Shown here: one piece after another, positions 51,901 through 60,335 of the stretch
How positions within the stretch are numbered: the first letter of the stretch is position 1
Layout: each line of letters starts with the position of its first letter
Assembly: GCA_963705105.1 (NCBI GenBank)
Contig: CAVPIW010000007.1
Location: forward strand, 128,001-192,000
Origin: an uncultured Nitrospiraceae bacterium
Lineage (GTDB): Bacteria; Nitrospirota; Thermodesulfovibrionia; Thermodesulfovibrionales; Dissulfurispiraceae
Direction: 5' to 3'
DNA: 64,000 nt
Translations under genes and position numbers: made by a program
The notes under the pieces: model-generated
What the model saw: only the letters and a program-made list of their open reading frames with translations
Told to the model about the DNA's origin: nothing
Databases searched by the model: none

Positions 51901-54900
51901 CTTCTCCCCCTCCGGCAGGCCGCCCTCCGGTTCGACAGCAACGTCGAGGACATCTTTTTCCTGGACAGTCGTCGTCTTGACGATGAATTTCAGCCTTATC
52001 TTCGGGCATTTGTCGGCAGGCAGCACCGTGACCTTCTTGTCCATGACCGCTTCTTTCGCTGCGTCCTTTGAGATTCTCGCCTTGAGGCGGAGGGTGTTGC
52101 CGCCGCTGTACTTCGGCGTCCATGTCGCCTCGTTCTTGTCCGACTTGGACGTCTCCTCGCCGTATTCGAGGATCGACCACTCGGCGACGCAGTCGTCGCA
52201 GGGCCTGTCGTATTTCGCCTTGAAGGTGGCGGGGGTGCCGATGCAGACCTTTTCAGGTCCCCTGATGTCGGTGATCTTGAGATCCGATCCCTGCCCTCCC
52301 AACGCCGCGAGGGCCTCGTCATACTCTTTCTTGCAACCCTCCGCGATGTACCGGTTCGTCTCCTCGTAGACGGCAAGACAGATGGCCGGTTTTACGAGGG
52401 GCGCAAGCAGCTTTTCCGTTACCTTGTCCCTGCCGACGATCTTCTCCACCTCGGCCTGGCATTTCTTGACGGCCGCCTTGACCCTTCCGTCCAGTTCCTT
52501 CGCCTCCTTCGCCCTGTTCGCGATTGCGGACTTGGAGCAATCGGGGAAGAGGCCCTTGACCCAGACGTACTTCTCTCCCTTGTGGTCCTTCCTCTCCTCG
52601 ACGGCGGGATCATTGGCCTGCCACTTGTCCTTGATCTTGAGGATGGACTCGTTCGCGTTCTTGAGCTGTCCGAAGTTGTCGACGAGGGCCTGCAGCTCCT
52701 TCACATCCTCGAGATAGCTGTCTCCGCCGAAATAGCCGACATTGAAGGTGATCAGGGATTCCCTGCATCCGAGCTCCTTTTCGATCCGGACCACCTCGTG
52801 GAGCTTCTTGCCGCTCCACCAGGCCTGCGCCTTTTCGAGCTGCTCGACGACGCCCTTGAAGTACTCGACAGCCGTGTCGTCGACCTTCTTGCGGTATGTC
52901 TTGAGAAGCTGTTCGCCGTACTTTCCGCCCCTCACGTCCCAGTTGAAGGGGAAGGTGCCCATACGGCCGCTTGAAACGGCGGAGTTGTCGAGCATCTCCT
53001 GGTACTGCAGGAGCACGGGGTGGTTCTTGATCTGGGGGATCAGGATCTGGTAGAGACCTGTGCACCTCATGGGCAGCTTCAGGATGGCGTCCCTGCCCGT
53101 AACGGTCATCTCTCCCTCGGAAGGGCATTTGTAGGTGACGCTCGTCAGCTTCCAGCCGGCGCCGGCCTGCTCGAACTTCGCCCCCCGGTACAGCTCGTTG
53201 ACCATGTCCTCATATTTCCACTCCTGCATCTTCCCGACGCTCCACTCTGCGGCGCCGAGGGCCATGCCGTAGAGGCCCTCCGGGATCGCCAGGGGCGGGA
53301 AGATGGTATAGACCACCTCAACCCCCATCCTCAGGTAATTGCCGTGGACGAAGGCCTCCACCGCCCCTCCCACGGGGGTCCGGCGGCGGAAGATCTCGAC
53401 GGAGAGGTTCGTGAAGGACTCGTTCCAGCTCCCGGCCTTCATGACGGCGTCATAGTAGCTCTTCACCTCCGAGGCGAGGTTGAAGGCCTGGAAGGCGGCG
53501 CTCTGGCCGATCTTACCGAGAACCGACTCGTTCAGGGCCTGGTTGATCTTTGCGATCGACTCGATCCGGATGATCGTGGTTTTCCTGACCTCCTCCTTGC
53601 CGCCTTCGACGACAGTCCTCTCCAGCTCGATAATCCCCGTCGAGCGGAGGCTCTCGATGGTTTTGTTGTCCAGGGTGTCGAGGAAATTGTTGATCGCACC
53701 GATGGTCTCCGCTGATTTCTGGTAAGCCCGCATTGCCGCTTCCTGGACCATGGCAAAGACGATCTTCGTCATCTCCGGGTTGTCCGCCGCCTTCTCGATG
53801 AGCTCCTTCAGCCGCTTCTGCTCCGCCGCGGGCAGCTTGAAGGCCTTGCTCTTGAAATACTCCGCAAGCTGGAGCATTACTTCACGGGCCTTGGGCGGGA
53901 AGGGGACCGCCTCCTCACCGCCGCTGAAGGCCTTGAACTCGTTCTCCAGGTCGTCGAGGAGCCTCTTCTTCTCGGCATCCTGCTCGGCCAGTGTCTTCAT
54001 CGACTCGGCCTTCTTGATCCGCGCGTCCAACCCCTCCTCGATGTTGTGCGTGATCACGTCGGTCATGCGCTTCGCGATCGCCTTCAGCGCGCCCTCGGGA
54101 TTGTTCACCCAATCGGGACTGCCCGCAAGGTCGCCTGTCCTCTTCATGATCAGCCAGAGGGCGATCTCGGGGTTGATGCCCTTCATCTGCTTCAGCTCCG
54201 TGATCATGCCGGCGAACTTGACGATGTCCGTGTCGATGGGCTGCGGCTTCGCCCCCGCCGCTTCGAGGATCTTGTCGTGCTCCTTGGCGCTCCTGTCGAG
54301 GTATTTCGACATCTTGATGATCTTCTCGTGGAGGGCGAGGTCGGCATGGACGGCGTCGGTGGTGATGTGCCGGAGGAACTCGAGGCTGATGCCCGGCTCC
54401 ATGTCGTATTTCGGAGTAGGCGTCTTCTTTTCCTGGAGGATGTCGGCGAGCCGGTCCGGTTCTCCCCTGCTCATGGCGATGTTGTTCTTCAGAACGGCGA
54501 ACATAACGGCCTTTTCCGTCGCGTCGGCGTCGTGCTTGACGAGATTGCCGTCGTCGTCGCGCCGGATGATCTGCATCTTGCCGCGCCTGATTGCGTCGAT
54601 TTCGGCCCAATCGGCGCCATAGTCGCCGATATAGACGCTGAGCGTCGCCGCCCGGTGAGCCGTCGAGAGGGCGTCCACAGCGACCATGTCGAGGTTGAAG
54701 ATTTTCCCGATCTCTGCCCCGAAGAGGTCCCGGACGACCTTCGCCTGTTCGGCATCGAGCATGATGACGGTAAAGTCGATATCTCCCTCGAAGCGCATCT
54801 TCTCCATCGGTTCGCTCACCCAGCCGCCCACATCCATCCTCGCCAGGGGCGGGCTGTCGGGATGGTCGCTGTAATACCGTGCGACCACGGCGTCCCAGGC

Positions 54901-55608
54901 CTTAATGACATTGTCCTTTCTCACGGACATGAGCTTCTGTTCCATGCCCCGGTAATTGTCGTTCCAGTACTGCAGGGCAGCGCGGTAGTCGCCGAGCTCC
55001 TTCGCCTTCCTGTTGATGACGTCACCCTTGAAACCGACGAGGTCCCTGACGGAGACCTTACTGTCGCCCATGGCGTTGAAAAAGCCCATCTCGTCGAGGG
55101 CCCCCGCTTTCAGCTGATCGAAGAGGCCCTCGATTTTTCGTATTTTGGCAGGTGGGGGCGGGGAGACGTCGGTCCCCGTCGTTCCCGTCTTTGTTTTTGT
55201 TTTTCGTCCACCCTCCCTGACGACCGACACCGTCAGCCGCTCGGACCAGCGGAGACTCTCGATGGCGGCGCCGACAACGGCCGTGACCTGATCGGCCGAC
55301 GACGCGTCCATCGCCTCCACCACGCAGGAGAGCGTCGCCAGCCCCTCTTCTCGGCAGTTGAGCTGCGGGTCCCAGGTCCACCGGACGGCACTGTCATCAG
55401 GCGCACCGGCGACACTAACCGTGAAGGTCTGCCCTTCCTTGACCGACTCGGGTCCCGTCAGACGGGGATTGCGGGCGTTCGCATCAACGGGAGAGAGAAA
55501 AGAGAAGAGAAATATAACAAAGGGAATGAAAAGAGAGATGCCTCCCGTCAGCCGGACTTTTCCGCATCTGCAACTGTTCCCTGCGCCCTTTCCTTCAAAC
55601 ACTCTCAT
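45961..55608 (-). CDS. Giant (3215 aa) secreted multidomain protein: NTase-like motif, Ig/PKD-like repeats, TSP1-like motif, TPR-like repeats
   Basis: Uninterrupted ORF with GGGAGG RBS; hydrophobic leader ending ANA; VGG-x13-DIDF; YSEWGEC..QTRSV; three TPR-like double units; four LWDEC repeats. Confidence 0.9.
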   Translation of the reverse strand: MRVFEGKGAGNSCRCGKVRLTGGISLFIPFVIFLFSFLSPVDANARNPRLTGPESVKEGQTFTVSVAGAPDDSAVRWTWDPQLNCREEGLATLSCVVEAMDASSADQVTAVVGAAIESLRWSERLTVSVVREGGRKTKTKTGTTGTDVSPPPPAKIRKIEGLFDQLKAGALDEMGFFNAMGDSKVSVRDLVGFKGDVINRKAKELGDYRAALQYWNDNYRGMEQKLMSVRKDNVIKAWDAVVARYYSDHPDSPPLARMDVGGWVSEPMEKMRFEGDIDFTVIMLDAEQAKVVRDLFGAEIGKIFNLDMVAVDALSTAHRAATLSVYIGDYGADWAEIDAIRRGKMQIIRRDDDGNLVKHDADATEKAVMFAVLKNNIAMSRGEPDRLADILQEKKTPTPKYDMEPGISLEFLRHITTDAVHADLALHEKIIKMSKYLDRSAKEHDKILEAAGAKPQPIDTDIVKFAGMITELKQMKGINPEIALWLIMKRTGDLAGSPDWVNNPEGALKAIAKRMTDVITHNIEEGLDARIKKAESMKTLAEQDAEKKRLLDDLENEFKAFSGGEEAVPFPPKAREVMLQLAEYFKSKAFKLPAAEQKRLKELIEKAADNPEMTKIVFAMVQEAAMRAYQKSAETIGAINNFLDTLDNKTIESLRSTGIIELERTVVEGGKEEVRKTTIIRIESIAKINQALNESVLGKIGQSAAFQAFNLASEVKSYYDAVMKAGSWNESFTNLSVEIFRRRTPVGGAVEAFVHGNYLRMGVEVVYTIFPPLAIPEGLYGMALGAAEWSVGKMQEWKYEDMVNELYRGAKFEQAGAGWKLTSVTYKCPSEGEMTVTGRDAILKLPMRCTGLYQILIPQIKNHPVLLQYQEMLDNSAVSSGRMGTFPFNWDVRGGKYGEQLLKTYRKKVDDTAVEYFKGVVEQLEKAQAWWSGKKLHEVVRIEKELGCRESLITFNVGYFGGDSYLEDVKELQALVDNFGQLKNANESILKIKDKWQANDPAVEERKDHKGEKYVWVKGLFPDCSKSAIANRAKEAKELDGRVKAAVKKCQAEVEKIVGRDKVTEKLLAPLVKPAICLAVYEETNRYIAEGCKKEYDEALAALGGQGSDLKITDIRGPEKVCIGTPATFKAKYDRPCDDCVAEWSILEYGEETSKSDKNEATWTPKYSGGNTLRLKARISKDAAKEAVMDKKVTVLPADKCPKIRLKFIVKTTTVQEKDVLDVAVEPEGGLPEGEKLLEYAWSEDGKRNIKFTGSTYQFSGLGRKGKKVTIGVKARTSMGYTEEFHLPVTVSDSDKDELTVRILPAEITVLSGEDPVTLKSDVIRKVDSGRMKYQWTVVTNGGAPWVSSETVQSVKLDPRKYREGDRIDVTLLVLDIGNTPGSPTYGQILREGKAAKSLTVGPEGDIVIKLGPVPEEIEDNKTLVVCVESPALRPGDPGDRLAFEWFDEDGKFWRPNTVTRCSNLSTRGLAGQTVRLKVVVRDKFGRSAEKETAPVKVVDADLSPKLQVSVVPENASIMNDQTITFVVTAVPLKDSGSLSFNGVRMPPGQTVVTFPETSFRDNENWVTVPFTVTDEKGRKAETHATVYVTKKKDKPDDKKIDGAKPEDTRPGDDITGVTKPEDTKTDSGKKDDGKKEPPVCTYKYSEWGECPREKKIQTRSVIAKEPAGCVERDKPALEQVCTPPKTEADKRTDYLNCLCRACGGTAGGYYGPSTTEKGGPCVCFGWLSGWRTPVPGGPPDHVKSCYKGAYGHDPSDKELADADKDRKNENRKHTDPLKVKIKPSKNPAEFGDIVTLYAETTGGSGGNKWTWGGAAEDAKDANAKFVKTRTAGGGSVSVSVTDQDGNSASDTVTIQVQAIIVKLEKESPKEDTIPVGGTAKFIANVMSGKNNAGGSFKYQWQPHPELAFGDPKTPTFEQTGGSQMRNSARFSRPGPAKVWVQVLKEIEGRFATVGESEQITVEAVNPEVIITYTPKEAYLGKELFLSAVTKPPMGESMVSLFWDIPGYHTGTGSKATIKPKDTKPITATVTAKAVDGGDELGKQQVTITPLGYTVTVSEPKYLGTPPQIWKCDTQLGHAKDCGMVQVKPTQFAVHEAIFFKASVTPAVEGVNYNWTVDPSGSCGMPGGGSELRVQCSNTGTYTITAEATKDGIKLGAGSQTLTVSISQEMINSGKKAKEAHEKLQKAKQLVTEGKLQEGIALAKEAQGLDSKNTEAKQLADKWSAEKQTTDDHVGKVKSFLQAEKLEDAARELTEAKKLHPKYQPVVDAEKQFADARVKKNEKVKAAAEKLDQANKAVAQGKLQEGIQLANEAAKIDPKNGEARLLADKWTREKQQADTDVAKVKDALKADNLAEAEKALAAAKAIHPKYQPVVDAEKQIADTKAKKQGDMKAAHEKVKQAEGLYINGKIEEAIALLNDAKKIDPKNEDAPKLGQKWSSDLQQINAHVSKAQDQIKAKKFDEAKTALEQAKRINAKYKTVVETEQVLAQKLAEDKKLKDEQVKKEQEEQDKTKKSADKLWDECSALAKQGRNSEALARCRESVAIMPDEKRSAVVRDLEKLVAQEQGKKKQDEEKKAAADRLWDECSALAKQGRNSEALAKCNESVKLWPNDKRTSALKDMERTVAQEEAKRQQEEAKKRTADELWDQCSGLAKQNNLEGALSKCRESLTHWSSEKRQAAVKDMEAQVAQTKREQQNRATADRLWDECSALAKQGRNKEALAKCRESLSYWSSDKRVAATKDLERVIASANTVQPPADPVVPPPDPADTRPPVQTPTKDDIRTPVSSPYYHVDLTPYGGKKGSARKVKDIEVDDGSWIRLKATHEKRMSLAVPLPSPVTANSIAIVSNLDNAHNVKQGMTVTTITVQTTTGDRVFDIKAGVHSSEWNRSEGSGADHQFPKDSHLGDKRWLNVFPLPSGSVVTGIRFRQHDFDKKYYHGDAAPGFCLRGITLIKSGTAGGSSVSDNGTGAGESTPPQSGRVIFDNGNIGGVYNAPTKATTFTINQSHVVTMIQNYHWNNGSGTSSPGSISLKGSGGKTYGPWQATGSPGQGGVKNAYWRVYPNVTIPAGTYTIADSQPSTWAQNQGSGGAGHSRVEGYPAGAGTSTQGGTQQSSGSQTTSGYRNLSAEIKNTSSNPVHIAIDSEQFGPTNRIMPGEKKNTTYQMSSGGIRTVRFSAGRNGQKLTECRWEFDPSQQNRVVVITFSEPKNLSCTTGVR

Positions 55609-55784
55609 TTTCTATACCCTCCCGGCATGTTTTCGTTGTTGTTTTCAACAGAGTCATGACAAAGACGACGGCGTCTCATTAAGGTATCGGCGATTTATTG
55701 TGAAATATTGACACTATACCGACACTATGAAATATCAAGTATATCCGAAGTAGCTTACGGCGAGGCGTTTTCAAAATAATCCGC

Positions 55785-55846
55785 CACGAGGATAGGGCAT
55801 GATTTCTTCGCACAATAAACCCTTATCACCGCAATGAGATCTCAGG
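55785..55846 (+). repeat. 62-bp direct repeat, right copy
   Basis: Matches 45624-45685. Confidence 0.92.
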
Positions 55847-55851
55847 CCTAT

Positions 55852-55966
55852 CCTCGCGCCAAGACGCCAAGGCCGCCAAGAACGGCAAATGCACAAGTGC
55901 ATAAAATCTTCTTTTTAGGATGAAGGTCTGTATCTTTCTTTGCGCTCTTTGCGACTTTGCGTGAGA
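55852..55966. repeat. CGCCAAG/CGCAAAG nonamer-type palindromic repeat; related half copy at ~1388-1423
   Basis: CTCGCGCCAAGACGCCAAGGCCGCCAAG ... CTTTGCGCTCTTTGCGACTTTGCGTGAG. Confidence 0.65.
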
Positions 55967-56056
55967 CAATGATATCGTTATCAGCAAGGATTTGGGGCTC
56001 TTCGCCTGCCTTTTCACGAAACGGCAGGGTATAATATCATAATCGAGGACAGGTGA

Positions 56057-56722
56057 ATGATACCGTACAAGGACGATAACCCGACAGAAACGACGCCGTT
56101 CGTGACCGTCGGCATTATCGTCCTGAACTGCCTCATCTATCTCTGGCAGCTCATGACGCCCCAGGATCTGGCTCATTTCGCCTTTTTCTACGGCGCCATA
56201 CCGCACAACATCATCACCTTCCAGGGCGACCAGCCCATCCACCCCGGACTGACCGTCTTCTCTTCTATGTTTCTCCACGGAGGCTTTCTCCACCTTGCAG
56301 GCAACATGCTGTACCTCTGGATATTCGGGAACAACATCGAGGACGCCCTCGGACACGGCAAATTCATTTTTTTCTACCTCTTTTCCGGTGTCGTCGCCGC
56401 ATACAGCCATGCCATCACAGAGACCAATTCGATGATACCGATGATCGGTGCGAGCGGCGCCGTCTCGGGCATTCTCGGCGCGTACCTCGTCCTCTATCCC
56501 CAGGCCCGTGTCTACACGATCCTCTTTTTCTTCATTTTCTGGCAGATCGTGAGGATTCCGGCCGTCGTCGTGATCGGTTTCTGGGTCATCATCCAGCTCA
56601 TCAACGGCATCGTGAGCAAGGGTATGCTCCAGCAGGGCGGCGTGGCCTGGTTCGCCCACCTGGGAGGATTCCTCGCCGGCTTCCTGACGATCAAACTCTG
56701 GCTGGGACACCGGCACCGCTAA
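56057..56722 (+). CDS. Rhomboid family intramembrane serine protease
   Basis: MFLHGG..HL.GNM, GASGA, AHLGGF. Confidence 0.95.
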   Translation: MIPYKDDNPTETTPFVTVGIIVLNCLIYLWQLMTPQDLAHFAFFYGAIPHNIITFQGDQPIHPGLTVFSSMFLHGGFLHLAGNMLYLWIFGNNIEDALGHGKFIFFYLFSGVVAAYSHAITETNSMIPMIGASGAVSGILGAYLVLYPQARVYTILFFFIFWQIVRIPAVVVIGFWVIIQLINGIVSKGMLQQGGVAWFAHLGGFLAGFLTIKLWLGHRHR

Positions 56723-56828
56723 AATTATTAAAATTCTTCAATAAAACGCAATATTTGTCCGTAATCTCCCGTATTCGCCGATATTCAGCCCAATACCATC
56801 TTGCCAGAACAGGTCAATTCAGGGTATA

Positions 56829-56855
56829 TTAGCACTCGACGGAATTGAGTGCTAA
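56829..56855. promoter_or_regulatory. CIRCE element (HrcA operator)
   Basis: Perfect TTAGCACTC-N9-GAGTGCTAA upstream of groES, abutting a TTGCCA-N18-TATATT promoter. Confidence 0.97.
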
Positions 56856-56931
56856 TAAGAATGCACCGGCAGCATCAGTCAGACCCGCCGGGGCTGCCGA
56901 ACACAATAATGAAGAAGGAGGTTCAAGCATC

Positions 56932-57192
56932 ATGATCAGACCGCTTAAGGACAGGGTAGTTATCAAGTATTCCGAAGAGGAGATGGAAAAGACGGCAGGT
57001 GGCCTCTATGTGCCTGACGTGGCGAAGGAAAAACCGCAGAAGGGAACCGTCGAGGCCGTCGGCGGCGAGGTGAAGGAGCTGAAAGTCGGCAATACGGTCC
57101 TCTTTGACAAGTATTCCGGGTCGAAGATCAAGCTCAACGACGTTGAGTATCTCATCATCAAAGAAGAAGACATCTTGGGTGTCATTGAATAA
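56932..57192 (+). CDS. groES: Co-chaperonin GroES (short, 86 aa)
   Basis: IRPLKDRV, KTAGGLYVPD.AKEKP, EEDILG; AAGGAGG RBS. Confidence 0.96.
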   Translation: MIRPLKDRVVIKYSEEEMEKTAGGLYVPDVAKEKPQKGTVEAVGGEVKELKVGNTVLFDKYSGSKIKLNDVEYLIIKEEDILGVIE

Positions 57193-57204
57193 GGGAGGAT
57201 AAAT

Positions 57205-58836
57205 ATGGCAGGAAAGCAGCTCATTTTCGACGAAGCAGCAAGACAGGCAATCCTGAGGGGAATTACGGTACTCACCGACGCCGTCAAGGCGACCCTCGGC
57301 CCGAGGGGCAGGAACGTCATCATCGACCGTAAATTCGGCGCCCCGAACATCACGAAAGACGGCGTCACCGTTGCAAAAGAGATCGAGCTCAAAGAGCCCT
57401 ATGAGAACATGGGCGCCCAGCTCCTCCGCGAAGTCGCATCGAAGACCTCCGACGTGGCCGGTGACGGAACCACGACTGCGACAGTGCTCGCCTATGCCGT
57501 TTATAAGGAAGGGATGAAGTACGTCACGGCCGGCGCCAACTCAATCGACATGAAGAGAGGCATCGACAAGGCCGTCGAGGTCGTCGTCGAGGAACTCAAG
57601 AAGATGTCCAAGCCGATCCTCGAGAAGAAGGAAATCGCCCAGGTCGGGACGATCTCCGCGAATAATGACCCCTCCATCGGTGACCTCATCGCAGAGGCGA
57701 TGGACAAGGTGGGGAAAGACGGGGTCATCACCGTTGAAGAGGCGAAGAGCATGGCAACGACCCTCGATGTGGTCGAGGGCATGCAGTTCGACAGGGGATA
57801 CATTTCGCCCTATTTCATCACCGATCCCGACAGGATGGAGTGTATTCTCGACGATGTGTATCTCCTTATCCATGACAAGAAGATATCGAGCATGAAGGAC
57901 CTCCTTCCCATCCTCGAGCAGATCGCAAAAATGGGCAAGCCCCTCCTCATCATCTCCGAGGATGTTGAAGGCGAGGCCCTTGCGACCCTCGTCGTGAACA
58001 AGCTCCGCGGCACCCTCCAGGTCTGCGCGGTGAAAGCACCCGGGTTCGGCGACAGAAGGAAGGCGATGCTTGAGGATGTCGCAATCCTGACGGGCGGCAC
58101 GGTCATCTCCGAGGATCTCGGCCTCAAGCTCGAGAACGTGAAGATCAACGATCTCGGCCGGGCGAGAAAGATCAACATCGACAAGGAGAACACGACCATC
58201 GTCGAGGGCGCCGGAGACCCGTCGAAGATCCAGGGCAGGGTAAAGCAGATCAAGACCCAGGTCGACGAGACGACATCCGACTACGACAGGGAGAAGCTCC
58301 AGGAAAGGCTTGCGAAGCTCGTCGGCGGCGTCGCCGTGATCAATGTCGGCGCTGCGACGGAGTCGGAAATGAAGGAGAAGAAGGCCAGGGTCGAGGACGC
58401 CCTCCATGCCACAAGAGCCGCCGTCGAGGAAGGCATCGTGCCGGGCGGAGGCGTTGCCCTGCTCCGGTGCATCCCGAGCCTCAAAAAGCTCAAGCTTGAG
58501 CACGACCTCCAGATCGGCGTGAACATCATCAAGAAGGCCCTCGAGGAGCCCATCAGGCAGATCATCCAGAACGCGGGCATCGAGAGCGCCATCATCGTCG
58601 AGAAAGTCAAAGACGCCAAGGACGTCAACTTCGGCTACGATGCCTATAAAGAGGATTACGCCGACATGCTGAAGGCGGGCATCATCGATCCGACGAAGGT
58701 GACGAGAACGGCCCTCCAGAATGCCGCGTCCGTCGCGGGTCTCATGCTCACCACAGAGGTGATGATCACCGAGATCCCCGAAGAGGACAAGAAGATGCCC
58801 CCGATGCCGGGCGGCGGCATGGGTGACATGTACTAA
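57205..58836 (+). CDS. groEL: Chaperonin GroEL
   Basis: [33 protein letters not shown] tail. Confidence 0.99.
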   Translation: MAGKQLIFDEAARQAILRGITVLTDAVKATLGPRGRNVIIDRKFGAPNITKDGVTVAKEIELKEPYENMGAQLLREVASKTSDVAGDGTTTATVLAYAVYKEGMKYVTAGANSIDMKRGIDKAVEVVVEELKKMSKPILEKKEIAQVGTISANNDPSIGDLIAEAMDKVGKDGVITVEEAKSMATTLDVVEGMQFDRGYISPYFITDPDRMECILDDVYLLIHDKKISSMKDLLPILEQIAKMGKPLLIISEDVEGEALATLVVNKLRGTLQVCAVKAPGFGDRRKAMLEDVAILTGGTVISEDLGLKLENVKINDLGRARKINIDKENTTIVEGAGDPSKIQGRVKQIKTQVDETTSDYDREKLQERLAKLVGGVAVINVGAATESEMKEKKARVEDALHATRAAVEEGIVPGGGVALLRCIPSLKKLKLEHDLQIGVNIIKKALEEPIRQIIQNAGIESAIIVEKVKDAKDVNFGYDAYKEDYADMLKAGIIDPTKVTRTALQNAASVAGLMLTTEVMITEIPEEDKKMPPMPGGGMGDMY

Positions 58837-58885
58837 AAAAATCGAAGCGATGACACCGGCCCCGGCGTCATCGCCACGAAAATAC

Positions 58886-58922
58886 AAAAGGCAGCAGGCT
58901 CTCAGGCCTGCTGCCTTTTTTC
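58886..58922 (+). terminator. Intrinsic terminator after groEL
   Basis: AAAAGGCAGCAGGC-TCTCAG-GCCTGCTGCCTTTTTT. Confidence 0.9.
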
Positions 58923-59081
58923 TATGTGTTACCCGGTCGGCTGCGTTTTCGATTCGTTGCGGCCCAACAGAGAGTCTCCCCGGGGCGCCCCGGCGATCCA
59001 GTCCGCCTCGGGAGAAGTTTCAGTCGCGGAATATCAAACATTGTTGTCCTGCAAGCAACAAGACCCCTCTTCAAATCTTTG

Positions 59082-59399
59082 TCACTCCTTTATGTAAGAA
59101 CAGCAGTAGTCAGTAAGGTACTTAACATTCAATTTGAATACAGATTTTGCGGGCACCTCAAATACCTCTCCGTCTTTAATTGTTTTCCATCCTTCTGAGG
59201 CTGCGACAAACACTTCAAGATCTCCAGAAATTATTTCCATTATTTCTTTTTCATCAGTTTTAAACTCATATTCACCGGGAAACATTATTCCGAGGGTCTT
59301 GCGGGAACCATCCGGAAAAACAACAGAGCGACTGGTAACCTTCCCATCAAAGTAGATGTTTGCTTTCTTAACTATTGTGACATTCCTGAATTCTGACAT
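59082..59399 (-). CDS. ppnP: Pyrimidine/purine nucleoside phosphorylase (DUF1255/YaiE)
   Basis: [36 protein letters not shown]-rich. Confidence 0.92.
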   Translation of the reverse strand: MSEFRNVTIVKKANIYFDGKVTSRSVVFPDGSRKTLGIMFPGEYEFKTDEKEIMEIISGDLEVFVAASEGWKTIKDGEVFEVPAKSVFKLNVKYLTDYCCSYIKE

Positions 59400-59434
59400 G
59401 AACATCTCCTTTATTAGTCTCATTTTTACACATA

Positions 59435-59629
59435 ATCGGGATAGGGGGAAGCCTCTCGGCTTCGCCCCTCCGACATCACCCGGCATACGGGTCACGTGCA
59501 GCGGCGGTTCGGTTGATTCAGTAGTCCCAAGCTCTTCAGATGGAGGACTTCGTTGTCACGTGCTGACTCGTCCTGAATGTGCCACACCTCATATCCGGTT
59601 CCTGGTTCCTCGCCCTGAGCTTTCGGACT
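59435..59629 (-). mobile_element. Internally deleted group IIC intron remnant (domain I fragment joined to domains V-VI)
   Basis: Minus strand GAACCGCCGCTGCACGTGACCCGTATGCCGGGTGATGTCGGAGGGG...CTATCCCGAT (class C DV/DVI and AY end); upstream AGGAACCGGATATGAGG..GACGAGTCAGCACGTGACAACGAAGTC resembles class C domain I. No RT ORF. Confidence 0.78.
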
Positions 59630-60140
59630 GGCCATCCGCCTTGAATCCTTCGTGGAAAGCGACAGTGCCCTGCGGAATATGCCCCTCGAAAGGCAGAGCA
59701 AAGAAAACCTCCTGCGGCACTCCCTCATACACAAGTCCCGGCAGGTTTTTAAACCCGAATTTCCTGTAGTACTCCGGATGTCCCACGAGACAACATCCTT
59801 GAGCATTCATATCTTTCAGGCGAGACAACCCTTCTTTTATCAGTGCTTTGCCGATGCCCTTCCGCTGGTACTCCGGCAGGACGGAAACAGGTCCAAGTCC
59901 GTACCAGTTCGGCGTGCCGTCCGAAATGGTCACGGGAGAGAAGGCAATATGACCTATCACTCGGCCATCCGTTTCTGCAACCAGCGATACCGTAAGAGCC
60001 CTGGCGGCTCGCAGCGCCTCGATGATGAACTGCTCCGTGTGGTTGCTGATCTCCAGGGTCTTGAACGCTGCGATAGTCACCCCGGTGATCGCACAAACAT
60101 CGTTATGCGTTTCGTTCCTGATAACAATCTTGGGATTCAT
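59589..60140 (-). CDS. GNAT N-acetyltransferase (YhbS-like), copy 1
   Basis: GHIAFSPV, GLGPVSVLPEYQRKGIG, LVGHPEYY.KFGF. Confidence 0.92.
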   Translation of the reverse strand: MNPKIVIRNETHNDVCAITGVTIAAFKTLEISNHTEQFIIEALRAARALTVSLVAETDGRVIGHIAFSPVTISDGTPNWYGLGPVSVLPEYQRKGIGKALIKEGLSRLKDMNAQGCCLVGHPEYYRKFGFKNLPGLVYEGVPQEVFFALPFEGHIPQGTVAFHEGFKADGQSESSGRGTRNRI

Positions 60141-60165
60141 GGGTCTCTTATTCCACTTTCCTGTT

Positions 60166-60245
60166 GGCTGACGGATAGCTAAGCCGCCCGCCGCAGCGTT
60201 TGCCTGAGATAAACGGCGGCTACTCGGGTCGGCTTGAGCGGATTG
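60166..60245 (-). other. attC-like site, R'' end replaced by an IS110 end
   Basis: Minus strand CTCAAGCCGACCCG...CGGGCGGCTTAG-N6-GTCAGCC with the extrahelical C of the L box. Confidence 0.7.
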
Positions 60246-60297
60246 ATACTCATTAAAATAAATAGGGGGTTGTCCCTTTTTCCGCCCCCTGCATTAT

Positions 60298-60327
60298 TCC
60301 GGGTCGCCTTGAGTGGCGTGTTAGAGC
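60298..60327 (-). other. Half attC site after the diheme cytochrome gene
   Basis: Minus strand GCTCTAAC-ACGCCA-CTCAAGGCGACCCGG 8 nt after the stop, then interrupted. Confidence 0.65.
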
Positions 60328-60335
60328 CATTTGTG

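Noticed and set aside
49066..52071. 1001-aa plus-strand ORF and other long antisense ORFs (e.g. 22148-24289, 24226-26211, 57541-58887)
   Set aside because: Opposite confident genes; expected from GC-rich codon bias.
29806..55600. Prophage or intact integrative element after tRNA-Met
   Set aside because: No integrase, structural or conjugation genes and no att duplication of the tRNA end.
58923..59081. attC site after ppnP
   Set aside because: No RYYYAAC end complementary to the putative cassette start and no clear L-box pairing, so ppnP cassette status is unconfirmed.
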